Notes under the pieces: model-generated
The model's input: only the letters and a program-made list of their open reading frames with translations
Told to the model about the DNA's origin: nothing
Databases searched by the model: none
Part shown: in pieces, positions 45,685 to 58,755 of the stretch
Position numbering within the stretch: position 1 is the stretch's first letter
Layout: each line of letters starts with the position of its first letter
Translations under genes and position numbers: made by a program
From: Squalus acanthias
Taxonomy: Eukaryota
Assembly (NCBI GenBank): GCA_030390025.1
Contig: JASTWF010000037.1
Coordinates: 434,001 to 498,000 of the forward strand
Length of the DNA stretch: 64,000 nucleotides
Direction: 5' to 3'

Positions 45685-48600
45685 GTCAGTTATACAGCAC
45701 AGAAAGAGGCCCTTTGGCCCATGTCCGTGCCAGCCATCAAGCCCTGTCTATTCTAATCCCATTTTACCAGCACTTGGTCCATAGACTTGTATGCTATGGC
45801 GTTTCAAGTGCTCATCTAAATGCTTCTTGAATGTTGAGGGTTCCTGCCACTACCACCCTTTCAGGCAGTGAGTTCCAGATTCCAGCCCCCCTCGGTGACA
45901 GTTTTTCCTCAAATCCCCTCAACCTCCTGCCCCTTACCTTGAAACTATGCCCCCTGGCTATTGACCCCTCTACTAAGGGGAAAAGTTCCTTTCTATCTAC
46001 CCTATCTATGCCCCTCATAATTTTGTACACCTCAATCAGGTCCCCCCTCAGCCTTCTCTGCTCGAAGGAAAACAACCCCAGCCTGTCCAGTCTCTCTTCA
46101 TAGCTGAAGCGCTCCAGCCCAGGTAACATCCTGGTGAATCTCCTCTGCACCCTCTCCAATGCAATCACATCCTTCCTATAGTGTGGCGACCAGAACTGCA
46201 CACAGTATTCCAGCTGTGGCCTAACTAGTGTTTTGTACAGCTCCATCATAACCTCCCTGTTGTATTCTATGCCTTGGCTAATAAAGGCAAGTATCCCATA
46301 TGCCTTTTTAACCACCTTATCTACTTGTCCTGCTGCCTTCAGGGATCTATGTACATACACACCAAGGTCCCTCTGATCCTCTGTCCTTCCTAGGGTCCTA
46401 CCATTCATTGTGTATTCCCTTGCCTTGTTTGTCCTCCCAAATGCATCACCTCACACTTTTCAGGGTTAAATTCCATTTGCCACTGTTCTGCCCATCTGAC
46501 CAACCAATCTATATCGTCCTGTAGCCTGAGGCTTTCCTCCTCGCTGTTTACCACTCCACCAATTTGTGTCATCTGCAAACTTACTGATCATACCTCCTAC
46601 ATTCATATCTAAATCATTAATGTACACTACAAACAGCAAAGGACCCAGCACTGATCCTTGCGGTACACCACTGGACACAGGCTTCCAGTCACAAAAACAA
46701 CCTTCGACCATCACCCTCTGCCTCCTGCCACTAAGCCAATTTTGGATCCAATGTGCCAAATTGCCCTGGATCCCATGGGCTCTTACCTTCTTGACCAGTC
46801 TCCCATGTGGAACTTTGTCAAAAGCCTTACTGAAGTCCATGCTGACTATCCTTGATTAATCCTTTCCTCTCCAAGTGGAGACTAATTCTGTCCCTCAGAA
46901 TTTTTTTCCAATAATTTCCCTACCATTGATGTTAGGCTCACTGGCCTGTAAGTCCCTGGTTTATCCCTACTACCCTTGAATAATGGTACTATGTTAGCTG
47001 TCCTCTGGTACCTCCCCTGTGGCCAGAGAGTTTCTGAAAATTTGTCAGAGCCCCTGCAATCTCCTCCCTTGCCTCGCACAGCAACCTGGGATACATCTCG
47101 TCTGGGCCTGGGGATTTATCCACTTTTAAGTCCGCTAAAACTGCTAGTAGCGCCTCCCTCTCGATGCTAATTTGTTCAAGTATATCACAATCCCCCTGCC
47201 TGATTTTTATGCCTACATCGTCCTTCTCCATAGTGAACACAGATGTTTTTCGCACTCTGACTATCCAGTTAATATTGGGGAAGTTGAAATCCCCTACTAT
47301 TATTACCCTATTATTTCAACACTTCTGAGATTTGCCTACATATCTGTTCCTCTATCTCCCCCTGACTGGGGGCCTATAGTTCACTCCCAGCAAAGTGCTT
47401 GCCCCCTTTTTGTTTTTAAGTTCGACCCATATGATCTCATTAGAGGAACCTGCTAAGATATCATCCCTCCTTACAGCAGTAATTGACTCGTTGATTAATA
47501 TTGTGACACCCCCCTCTGTCCCGCCTGAAGATTCTATACCCCGGAATATTGAGCTGCCAGTCCTGCCCCCTCCCTCAACCATGTCTCTGATAGCAACAAT
47601 ATCATACTCCCATGTGTTCATCAACACCTTCAATTAATCTGCCTTACTCGCAAGACTCCTTGCATTAAAATAAAGGCCATCCAGCCTTGCCATACTCCCT
47701 TGTGCCGTTACATATTTGCTCTGCCTTCCAGGCTGACTTGTTTTTTCCTCTATTTGGCTGTGCATCACCCCCTACTATAGCTCCACTCCGTATCCCATCC
47801 CCCTGCCAAGTTAGTTTAAACCCCCCCGCAAGGATGTTGGTCCTGGTCCGGTTCAGGTGCAACCCGTCCGACTTGTACAGGTCCCACCTTCCCCAGAAGC
47901 AGACCCAGTGATCCAGGAAACTAAAGCCCTCCCTCCTGCACCAACTCTTTAGCCACGCATTCATCTGCTCTATCCTTCTATTCCTATACTCACTAGCACG
48001 TGGCACCGGGAGTAATCCAGAGATTACAACCTTTGAGGTCCTGCTTTTTAATCTGCTACCTAGCTCCCTAAATTCTTGTTGCAGGACCTCATCCCTTTTT
48101 CTACCTATGTTGTTGGTACCAATGTGAACCATGACCTCTGACTGTTCGCCCTCCCCCTTCAGAATGCCCTGCAGCCATTCAGTGACATCCTTGACCCTGG
48201 CACCAGGGAGGCAACATACCATCCTGGAGTCACGTCTGCGGCCACAGGAACGTCTATCTGTTCCCCTTATGATAGAATCCCCTATCACTATTGCTCTCCC
48301 ACTCTTTCCTCCCCTCCTGTGCAGCTGAGCCACTCGTAGTGCCATGGACTTGGCTCTTGCTCCATTCCCCTGAGAAACCATCTCCCCCAGCAGTATCCAA
48401 AACCGAAAATCTGTTGAAGAGGGAGATGGACCCAGGGGACTCCTGCACTACATTCCTAGTTCTTTTACTCTGTCTGGCGGTCACCCATTCCCTGTCTGCC
48501 TGTGCACTCTTTATCTGCGGTGTGACCAACTCATTAAGCGTGCTATCCACGAAGATCTCAGCTTCACGGATGCTCCACAGTGACTCCAGCCGCAGCTCCA

Positions 48601-48990
48601 GCTCCGAAACGTGGATTTCGAGTAGCTGCAACTGGAGACACTTCCTGCACATGTGTTCGCCCTGGACACCTAAAGTGTCCCTGACTTCCCACATAGCACA
48701 GGAGGAGCACTCCATGCTGCCGAGCTGCCCTGCCATGTCCTACCCTTAATTTACTCCCTTTACTTCCTTTAAATTAAAGAATATTAAATACACTAGGGAC
48801 CTTACTTCCCTTTAAACACTACTTACTCTAAACTAGAGACCTTACTTTTACTTCAACGACTGGACTGTAGAAATACTCACCAGGTCCTACTTACCAATCA
48901 GCTCCTTCCCTGGTTGAGATGTCACTTTAGTGGTTTCGCAGTTGTTGTTTGACTGCTCCCGCTCTCGGACTCTCTCCCAACACGCAGCAC
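45685..48990 (-). mobile_element. CR1 LINE retaining 5' end, ORF1 and an internally deleted, frameshifted ORF2
   Basis: ORF1: CSSC..CRKC zinc-finger-like motif and coiled coil (48254-48736), then SGNH esterase GDSII/CLPGA/HIGTNN/DGLHLN (47665-48300). ORF2: endonuclease remnant (about 47352-47640) and RT DFSKAFDKVPH, GVPQGSVLGP, KFADD (46466-46840). Confidence 0.92.
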
Positions 48991-49924
48991 TCCGATGTTA
49001 AATTGTATGCCCATTTCACCAGTCTGTATCTCCTGACATGTTACTATCCTCCTCACTGAATTTAATGTCCTCTGCAAACATTGAAAATATACCCTTCATA
49101 CCCAAGTCCACATTAATAAGCGCAGTGGTCCTAATACCAACACCACTGTACATGTCCTTCCAGTCTGAAAAACATTCACTCCTCTTGGCCTTCAGTTATA
49201 TTCTGGTTTATTGTATTACTCCTGTAACGATTATGTTGTGCAAGTGTCTAGTGTACTGCTCCACTGAGGTGACCGCACTTTGGAGCAATGCCATTGGCTC
49301 TTTGTATTTTTTTTATTTATTCACGGGATGTGGTCGTCCTTGGCAAGGCCGGCATTTATTGCCCGTCCCTCATTACCCATGAGGTGGTGGTGAGCCGCTG
49401 CAGTCCCTGGACGGTTTTGGTACAACGGAGTGGCTTGCTCGGCCATTTCAGAGGGCAGTTAAGAATCAACCACATTGCTGTGTGGTCTGGTGTCACAGGT
49501 AGGCTCAGACTGGGTACTGACGGCAGCTTTCCTTCCCTAAAGGACATTAGTGAGCCAGATGGGTTTTTACAACAATCCGACATGGTCAGCATTGCTGATA
49601 CTAGCCAGGTTTATTTGCACCACTAACATCCGCGTTTAGACTTGTATCCAACTGCAGGTACGCTCTGCGCGCTGTTTTGGAATGCTTCTGTAGTTTATCT
49701 TCAACCCTTTCGCAACTATGAGCGCGTCCGTGCTCTTTGACCTTTGGTGGTCTGCTTGAAGGCCATAAGCGAGGGTGCAGATAAGATTTACAAGAAGGGT
49801 TCCAGGGATGAGGGGCTCGAGTGACATGGGGAGACTGGAGTGGTTCTCCTTGGAGCAGAGGAGATTTGATAGAGGTGTTCAAAATCATGTTGGGTCTAGA
49901 CGGAGTAGATAGAGAGAAACGGTT

Positions 49925-50750
49925 CCCATTTCAGCTCGATGACCTTTTGTCAGAAGGGATGACGGTGCGAGGCAAAAGGAGATGATAATGGGACAAGTGA
50001 AGAAACAAAATATGGGTCTAGAGGAGGTGTAAATGGTTCACAGCGGAACCATTAACAGCACCTGCTCTCTGAAAACATGGGAGCAGAGGGTCTAAGGATG
50101 TGAAGGCCTTAGAGAGGGTGCAGAAAAGATTGACGAGAATGATTCCAGGAGATGAGGGACTTCAGTTACGTGGATAGACTGGAGAAGCTGGGCTTACTCT
50201 CCTTGGAGCACAGAAGGTTGAGCGGAGGTTTGATAGCAGTGAGGGGTCTGGACAGAGTAGATAGAGAAACTGTTCCCATTGGCGGAAGGGTTGAGAATCA
50301 GGACACAGATTTAAGGCGATTGGCAAAAGAAACAAAAGGCGACATGAGGTGAAACTTTTTTACGCAGCGAGTGGTTAGGGTCTGGAATGCGCTGCCTGAA
50401 AGGGCGGTGGAGGCAGACTCAATCACGGCTTTCAAAAGGGAATTGGATCAGTAGATGAAGGAAAAAAATGCGCAGGACTACGGGGAAAGGGCGGGGGAGT
50501 GGGACTAGCTGAAGTGCTCTTGCAGAGAGCCGGCACGGGCTTGACGGGCCGAATGGCCTCCTTCTGTGCTGTAACCATTCTATGAGTCTACGATTTGGAG
50601 TTGTTGAATTCAGTGAGTCCAGAAGGCTGTAAAGTGCCTAATCGAAAGATGAGGTGCTGTTCCTCGAGCTTACGTTGAGCTTCATTGGAACAGTGTAGGA
50701 GGCCGAGGACAGAGTGGGCATTGGGCGGAGAATTAAAATGACAAATTTAT
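49925..50750 (-). mobile_element. Penelope fragment split by a plus-strand CR1 3' end (about 50095-50590)
   Basis: 50596-50750 and 49925-50090 match consecutive parts of 56735-57350 in reverse. Confidence 0.7.
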
Positions 50751-51149
50751 TAAATAGTTCAGCCGTTTCTCCCTGCAGGGCTACGGGGAAAGGGTGAGAG
50801 AGTGGGACTAGCTGAAGCGCACTTGCAGAGAGCCAGCATGGGCTCGATAGGCCGAATGGCCTCCTCCTGTGCTGTAACCATTCTATGATTCTATATGTCC
50901 TTTGCTTCATCACCCATGCAGTAAATTGATGTTTTACTCTTTAGAGAGTGCCCTGTTTAATTTGCCACCGGTGACTGACTCTTGTTTCCTCATTTCTGAA
51001 ACGCTCGCAGCCAGGCTTAGCCCTGAGCTGTTGTGGTGGATAAGATCAGACACCCGATGTTAATAGAAGGGTTTCAGTGATCTAGGCTAGTCGTCTTAAA
51101 CCCTCGCAAGAAAAATGAGTTGATTGAGGGGTCCTGGTCTCTTAAAAAG

Positions 51150-51430
51150 CGATGCTGCGGATGCTGCAAATCTGAAACGAAAACAGGAAATGCTGGCAAC
51201 ACTCGGGTCAGGCAGCATCTGTGGAGAGAGAAAGAGGTAACGTTACAGGTCGATGACCTGGCGTCAGAACTGGCAAAATTAAGAGGTAACAGGTTTTAAG
51301 CAAGTGCAGAGGCAGAGAAAGGGGAAGGGAAGAACAAAAGGGACAGGCTGTGATGGGGTGGAAGGCAGGAGAGATTAAATGACAAAAGGGATGATGGTAC
51401 GAGGTGAAAGGGGGTGGTAATGGGACAAAT
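51150..51430 (-). mobile_element. Penelope terminal-repeat fragment
   Basis: Reverse complement of the 11070-11335 type sequence, with a degenerate hammerhead core. Confidence 0.7.
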
Positions 51431-52252
51431 AAAGTGGTGGAGGGCCACCACCTCAGTTGGGTTTGGTGACCCTGATTCACTGCTTCCTGGGAGCAATGCC
51501 AGATGAAGGACAAGTGTCTTGTATCTTGATATTCCTCTTGGCTCCTTCAATCAGCAGGCAGAACACTCCTGCCACCAGTATTCTGACACCACAAGCCTCG
51601 ACATTAATCACTTTGGAAGGTGCTGAATGGCCCTGAAAAACTATTAACATTGTCCAGCCAGGGAGCAGATATATCCCCGGGCCAGAAGTGCAGATGTCCT
51701 TAATGCAAGCCTGACTTCCTCACTGTCTTCTCTGGACTACAGAGCACCCCATATTCATAACTGGGACTAAGGTAGTGTCGGGATTGTGGCTGGAGTAATA
51801 ATCCAACGAATGGGAGTCCAAATCCCATCAATGGCAGTTTGAGAAAGTGAATCAGTAAAAGTGACCATGGAGCTGTCAGTTTGTTGTTGCAAACCCAACT
51901 GGTTCACTAATGTCCTTTCTTATGGAAGGAACCCTATACAGAGTAGAATTTCTAAATTTGCCGATGACACCAAACTTGGGGGTGTGGCAAACAGTGAGGA
52001 TGATACCAATCGACTGCAACAGGACATAGAAAGGCTAGCAGAATGGGCAGACAAGTGGCAGATGGAATTTAATACAGAGAAGTGTGAGGTGATGAATTTT
52101 GGCAGAAGGAATAGGGAGAGGCAATATACACTTAATGGTACAGTTTTACAGAGTGTGCAGGGACAGAGGGACCTGGGAGTTAATGTGCATAGGTCCCTGA
52201 AGGTGGCAGAACATATTGAGAGAGTGGTTAGCAAAGCATATGGGATCTTGGG

Positions 52253-52715
52253 CATTCAGCCTCGGATCTGCGGGTAAGCGTTCTCCAGGGCGGCCTTCGG
52301 GATACACGACAGCGCAAAATCATAGAGCAGAAACTGATAGCCAAGTTCCGCACTCATGAGGATGGCCTCAATCGCGATAGCGGGTTCATGTCACGATACA
52401 GAACGTGACTTGACATCATGGCCGGTCTTCCCAGGTGGTTTTTTTTTTAAAAAGACTAACACAAATTGACAGGATATGCAGCCAGCAGGTGGTTTGACAC
52501 GTTGGACCCCTGGGACACATCTCATTGTCTTGGCTGTGCTCTTAGTGTGTCTTTGATGTAGGGAAATATTTGAATAGATTTTGTCTGTGTTTAAATTGTG
52601 AATTCTGGGAGATTCTCTCACTGCTAACTTACCTGAGGAAGGAGCGACAGCTCCGAAAGCTTGTAAAATTAAATAAATCTGTTGGACTATAACCTGGTGT
52701 TGTGCGACTTCTCAT
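52253..52715 (+). mobile_element. Penelope-like element 3' end, second family
   Basis: Encodes QRKIIEQKLIAKFRTHEDGLNRD (GIY-YIG C-terminus); hammerhead-like motif at about 52633-52663. Confidence 0.75.
52628..52665 (+). ncRNA. Minimal hammerhead-ribozyme-like motif
   Basis: CTGAGGA-A-GGAGC(GACA)GCTCC-GAAA-GCTT. Confidence 0.6.
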
Positions 52716-53399
52716 TTTCATAAATAGAGGTATTGAGTACAAAAGTAGAGAAGTTATGCTGAACCTTTATAAAATGCTGGTTAGGCCACAACTGGAGTAT
52801 TGCGTCCAGTTCTGGTCACCACACTTTAGGAAGGATGTGAAGGCCCTTGAGAGGGTGCAGTGGAGATTTACCAGAATGGTTCCGGGGATGGGGGATCTTA
52901 GCTACAAGGACAGGTTGGAGAAGCTGGATTTATTTTCATTAGAGCAAAGGAGGTTGAGGGGTGATTTGATAGAGGTATACAAGATTATAATGGGTTTGGA
53001 TAGGCTAGACGGGGAAAGGCTGTTCCCACTAGTTGATGGTACAAGGACTAGGGGACAGATTTAAGGTTTTGGGCAAGAGATACAGGGGGGATGTTTGGAA
53101 AAACTTTTTTACGCAGTGAGTGGTGAGGACCTGGAACTCGCTGCCAACGGAAGTGGTGGAAGCGGAGACACTCAATGTTTTCAAGGGGAGACTAGATAGG
53201 CACTTGAGGGAAATAAACTTGCGGGGGAATGGGACTGGATTGCTCTACAGAGAGTCGGCACGGACTTGATGGGCCGAATGGCCTCCTTCTGTGCCGTTAT
53301 GACTCTATGTGACTGCAGTCCCGCACCCAATGTGGTTGACTCTTAACTGCCCTCTGAAGTGGCCTAGCGAGACACTCAGTTGTATCAAACTACAACTCC

Positions 53400-54240
53400 T
53401 CAGATAATGGAACAGTCCATGCCCGCATGCAGTGAGACCTGGACGACATTCAAGCTTGTGCTGATAAGTGGCAAGTAACATTCGCGCCATCCGATTGCCA
53501 GGCAATGACTATCTCCAACAAGCGAGAGTCTAACCACCGCCCCTTGACATTCAATGGCATTACCGTCGCCGACTCCCCCACTATCAACATCCTGGGGGTC
53601 ACCATTGACCAGAAACGTAACTGGACCAGCCACATAAATACTGTGGCAACAAGAGCAGGTCAGAGGCTGGGTATTCTGCGGCGAGTGTCTCACCCCCTGA
53701 ATCCCCAAAGCCTTTCCACCATCTACAAGGCACAAGCAAGGAGTGTGATGGAATACTCTCCACTTGCCTGGATGAGTGCAGCTCCAACAACACTCAAGTA
53801 GCTCGACACCATCCAGCACAAAGCAGCCCGCTTGATCGGCACCCCATCCACCACCTTAAACATTCACCCCCTCCACCACCGGCGCACCGTGGCTGCAGTG
53901 TGTACCATCTACAAGATGCACTGCATCAACTCGCCAAGGCTTCTTCGGCAGCACCTCTTCCACCTAGAAGGACAAGGGCAGCAGACGCATGGGAACACCA
54001 TCACCTCCAAGTTCCCCTCCAAGTCACACACCATCCTGACTTGGAAGTATATCGGCCGATCCTTCATCGTCGCTGGGTCAAAATCCTGGAACTCCCTCCC
54101 TAACAGCACTGTGGGAGCACCTTCACCACACGGACTGCAGCGGTTCAAGAAGACGGCTCACCACCACCTTCTCAAGGGCAATTAGGGATGGGCAATAAAT
54201 GCTGGATTTGCCCAAATCCCAGGAACGAATAAAAAAAAAA
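53400..54240 (+). mobile_element. CR1/L2-group LINE 3' portion, distinct family
   Basis: ADKWQVTFAP..ILGVTIDQKRNWTSHI..RSVMEYSPLAW..WNSLP; A-rich tail; decayed sibling at about 31030-31400. Confidence 0.82.
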
Positions 54241-55282
54241 GCTACCGCAATTCAGGAAGAAGGCCCACCACCACCTTCTCAGGGCATCTAGGGATGGGCA
54301 CTAAATGCCAGCCTTGCCAGCAACACCCACATCCCGAGAATGAATGAAGTGACCTTGTTTTTAGTCAAATTTTTAGTGACTCCCATTAGAAGTTGGGGGA
54401 GAATGACTCCCTCATCAACTGCCCGAAGAGCCTTTCTAGATGTGGTTTGGAACTCCTAGCCTGAGTTGGGCAGTCCCAAGCACATGAGCAGGTGAGGCGA
54501 AGACAACTGACCTGCGCTTCGGTGAGACCAAAAGCAATGTTATGCCTGAACAGCCTGTGCATGCTCTTTCCTTCTCATCCACCACATCTCCTTCAGTTGT
54601 CTTGTGATGGGCTGTATGATGGGCCTGTAGAGACCAGCCAATTGTCACATAGGATTCGCAGCACAGAAACAAGTCCATGCTCCACAGGAGCCTCTTCCCA
54701 CCCCTACTTCATCTCACCCTGTCAACATATCCTATTCCTTTCTCCCTCATGTACTTATCCAGGTTCTTAAAATGCATCTATGCTATTCGCCACAATAGCT
54801 CCATGTGGTAGAAAGTACCACATTTTAATTGTAGTTCAATTGGCTCCTCGGAAGCCTTCCTACGTTAATCTCCTCTGTGCCCTCCTGCCACTCCTAAAGC
54901 CACGAGTAGACCAATTTGGGGCCAATTCTAGCACTTCTTGGGGGGTGGGTGGGAGGACAGAACACTTCCCTGCACGTAACTCCACTGCAGACCAACATCC
55001 TCCTGAAAATGATTTTCTCACACTCACCTCTCTCAGCATCTTATCTTGTCCATGAATGCAGTTCCTGAGCCACGCGCACTGCTCTCCACATCTTGCTAAG
55101 TTCAGTTGAGTACAATAATGGGTTAGCAAGAGGGGGAACGGGGGCTCCTGCTTCTGTCCGTCCAAGTCCTATTCGCCCTTCACCCCCTGTGCTCGCTGAC
55201 CTATATTGGCTCCCAATTCAGGCAACTCCTCGATTTTAAAATTCTCATCCTCGTGTTCAAATCCCTCCAGGTTTGTGCTCCA

Positions 55283-55860
55283 GGAAGGAAGTGAGGCGCT
55301 AAATCATGGGCCGTGCAGCGCTGCCAGTGTTGGAAGGCTCCTTCCCTCCCTTAAAGGGAAGGGCCATCGCTGCAGGCTGTGCAAGAGGAAACCTTACCTG
55401 GTCCCCGAGGACAGCCGCGATCTGGCCCGATCAGCCCGCTGCACTGCGGTGGAGTGCCGGGCCGATCGAGCGCTGGCGAAGACCAGGAGAAAAAAAAAAG
55501 AGAAAGAGCATTTCAGAATTTCTTCCACTTACCTCGGCCACCTCGCCTTTAAGTATCGCCCCCGAAGCGCCCGGCCTCCCGATCAGCGCCCCCTGCGACT
55601 GCCGGTTGTTTTCGCCCGGCGATGCCGGCAGGGGGCGTAACCGAAGCTCGGGGTCCGGGGGGCACTAACCGGGGCCGATGCGCACGGCGATGACGTCGCG
55701 ATCTCCGGGCGAAGGAGATCGGGGCGCTACGCCACGCTGGCGCCGCAAACCTCCCGGCGAATATGGCGGGAGTTGATCTTCTCGCCGCACCCGGTCGGTA
55801 AGTGCCTAGCGCCCCCCGGAGGCGCTAACCGGAGGTGCTAAGGTGCCCAATTTCTCCGCC
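55283..55860. mobile_element. GC-rich MITE-like fragment
   Basis: Shares gatgacgtc, ggcgctaac and tttaag motifs with the other MITEs; ends with aatttctccgcc. Confidence 0.55.
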
Positions 55861-56179
55861 AAAGTCTAAGAAGATGTGGCTTAACTTCTGCCCAGTATTA
55901 AATTACCGGCCAACTTTCCCTGCAAAGCGTGTTGTCCAGACTATTGCTAGAACCTCGTCTAATGGTTCTGACTCCGCAGGAGCTGTGAGTCCACCCGCAT
56001 TACATGGAAGTGTGAATGTTGGCCATTAAACTTTAAAGGAATTGGGGTCATGTTTCTGCTGAAACATGGCATGTGATTACAGTGAGCTCTTAATTCTAAA
56101 TATTTAATACGCAAACCTAATTGGGAGGAGAGAGAGTTTATCTGAACACAGTTACAAGATATGCATGTTGAAGTTAGAT

Positions 56180-56725
56180 AAGATAAGATAAGAAACAGGA
56201 GCAGGAGTAGGCCATTCAGTCCCTCGAGCCTGCTCTGCCATTCAATAAGATCATGGCTGAACTGATCTTGGCCTCAACTCCACTTTCCAAGCCTCTCCCC
56301 ATAACCCTTGACTCCCCTGTTTTTCAAAAATCTGTCTATCTCCACCTTGAATATATTCAATGACTCAGCCTCCACAGCTCTCTGGGGTAGAGAATTCCAA
56401 AGATTCCCGACCCTCTGAGAGAAGAAATTCCTCCTCATCTCCGTCTTAAATGGGCGACCCCTTATTCTGAAACTATGCCCCCGAGTTCTAGATTCCCCCA
56501 CGAGAGGAAACATCCTCTCTGCATCTACCTTGTCGAAGCCCCCTCAGAATCTTATATGTTTCAATAAGATCACCTCTCATTCTTCTAAACTCCAATGAGG
56601 ATAGGCCCAACCTGCTCAACCTTTCCTCATAAGACAACCCCTTCATCTCAGGAATCAGCCTTCTCTGAACTGCCTCCAATGCAAGCATATCCCTCCTTAA
56701 ATAAGGAGACCAAAACTGTACAAGT
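56180..56725 (-). mobile_element. CR1 3' fragment
   Basis: VQFWSPYLRRDM; FPLVGESRTRGHS. Confidence 0.88.
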
Positions 56726-56729
56726 TGCA

Positions 56730-57350
56730 CTGTTCAGGGCCCCAAACACTCCTTCCAGGTGAAACAGCGATTTACTTGTACTTCTTGCAATTTAGTAGAC
56801 TGTATTCGCTGCTCACGATGCGGTCTCCTCTACATTGGGGAGACCAAACGCAGATTGGGCCACCGCTTTGCGGAACACCTCCGTTCAGTCCGCAAGGGTG
56901 ACCCCGAGCTTCCGGTCGCCTGTCACTATAATTCTCCGCCCCACTCCCACTCTGATCTCTCTGTCCTCGGCCTCTTGCACTATTCTAATGAAGCTCAACG
57001 TAAGCTCGAGGAGCAGCACCTCATCTTTCGATTAGGCACTTTACAGCCTTCCGGACTCAACATCGAGTTCAACAATTTCAGATCAGAGCCACTGCTCCCA
57101 TTTTCTCGGACAACGGCTGTTGGTAATGATTGTGCTGTTGCTCCTCTGAACCCATCTTTTGTTTCTTTACTTGTCCCATTACCTTCTCCTGTTGCCTCAC
57201 GCCACCATCCCTTTTGCCATTTAATCACTCCTGCCTTCCACCCCAAAAAAACAGTTCTGACGAAAGGTCACCGACCGGAAACGTTGACTCTCTTTCTCCC
57301 TCCACGGATGCTACTTGACCTGCTGAGTATTTCCAGCACTTTCTGTTTTA
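56730..57350 (+). mobile_element. Penelope-like element 3' fragment (GIY-YIG)
   Basis: CIRCSRCGLLYIGETKRRLGHRFAEHL; hammerhead-like CTGACGA-AA-GGTC(ACC)GACC-G-GAAA-CGTT at 57257-57285. Confidence 0.88.
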
Positions 57351-57384
57351 TTGAACTCTTGTACCTGACTCAACTGACTGTGTC

Positions 57385-58755
57385 AACCGTGGCTCAGTGG
57401 GTAGCACTCTCGCCTCTGAGTCAGAAGGTTGTGGGTTCAAGTCCCGCTCCACTGAGACTTGAGTATAAAAATCTAGGCTGACAATGTAGTGCAGTGCTGA
57501 GGGAGCGCCGCACTGTCAGAAATGCTGTCCTTCAGTTAAGCCGAGGCCCAGTCTGCCCTCTCTCAAGTGGATGTAAAAGATCCCATGGCCACTATTTCGA
57601 TGAAGAGCAGGGGCAGTTTTCCCCAGTGTCCTGGGGCCAATATTTATCCCTCAATCAACATCACTGAAACAGATGATCTGGTCATTATCACATTGCTGTT
57701 GGTGGGAGCTTGCTGTGCGCAGATTGGCTGCTGCATTTCCTACATTACAACAGTGACTACATTTCAAAAAGTACCTCATTGAATCATAGAATGGTTACAG
57801 CACAGTAGGAGGCCATTCGGCCCGTCGAGTCCGTGCCAGCTCTCTGCAAAAGCACTTCAACTAGTCCCACTACCCTGCCCTTTCCCCGTAGCCCTGCAAA
57901 TTTTTTTCCTTCAGGTACTTATCCAATTCCCTTTTGAAAGCCGTGATTGAGTCTGCCTCCACCACCCTTTCAGGCAGCGCATTCCAGATCTTAACCACTC
58001 GCTGCGTAAAAAAGTTTTTCCTCATGTCACCTTTGGTTCTTCTGCCAATTACCTTGAATCTGTGTCCTCTGGTTCTCGACCCTTCCGCCAATGGGAACAG
58101 TTTCTCTCTATCTACTCTGTCCAGTCCCCTCGTGATTTCGAACATCTCTATCAAATCTCCTCTCAACCTTCTCCGCTCTAAGGAGAACAACCCCAGCTTC
58201 TCCAGTCTATCCAAGTAACTGAAGTCCCTCATCCCTGGAACCATTCTCGTAAATCTTTTCTGCACCCTCTCTAAGGCCTTCACATCCTTCCTAAAGTGCG
58301 GTGCCCAGAATTGGACACAATACTCCAGTTGTGGCCGAACCGGTGTTTTATAAAGGTTCACCATATCTTCCTTACTTTTGTACTCGATGCCTCTATTTAT
58401 GAAGCCCAGGATCCCGTCAGCCTTTTTAACCGCTTTCTCAACCTGCCCTGCCACCTTCAATGATTTGTGCACATACACCCCCAGGTCTCTCTGTTCATGC
58501 ACCCCCTTTAGAATTGTACCCTTTAGTTTCTATTGCCTCAAAAGCCTTTTGAAAATCCATGTAAACCTCGTCAACTGCATTGCCCTCTTCAACCCTCTCT
58601 GTTACCTCATCAAAAAACTCGATCAAGTTAGTTAAACACGATTTGCCTTTAACAAATCTATGCTGGCTTCCCTTAATTAATCCAGTTATTGGCTGTAAAG
58701 CGCTTTGGGACGTCCTGAGGTTGTGAAAGACGCTGTAGAAATGCAAGTCTTTCTT
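57385..58755 (+). mobile_element. tRNA-derived SINE (57385-57780 plus tail 58686-58755) split by a CR1
   Basis: A-box TGGCTCAGTGG, B-box GGTTCAAGTCC; tail resumes at attggctgtaaagcgc. Confidence 0.78.
57781..58685 (-). mobile_element. CR1 3' portion with an intact 210-aa ORF2 end
   Basis: RPQLEYCVQFWAPHFRKDV; joined upstream to a non-contiguous KGKSCLTNLIEFF segment. Confidence 0.9.

Larger units (their letters stand above)
51938..53305 (+). mobile_element. CR1 3' portion interrupted by a Penelope-like fragment
   Basis: SKFADDTKLGG..AYGILG (to about 52252) resumes as FINRGIEYKSREV (about 52716). Confidence 0.88.

Noticed and set aside
47665..48381. SGNH hydrolase ORF as a host or domesticated gene
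   Set aside because: It is part of a frameshifted CR1 ORF1 directly upstream of ORF2 remnants.
57385..57450. tRNA-like A and B boxes (also near 5093, 15170, 61320)
   Set aside because: They are SINE heads continuous with SINE bodies, not complete tRNA genes.
56759..57481. 240-aa ORF with a GIY-YIG motif as a cellular nuclease
   Set aside because: Truncated Penelope fragment with a near-identical sibling at 10640-10980; the C-terminal half is read-through into non-coding repeat.
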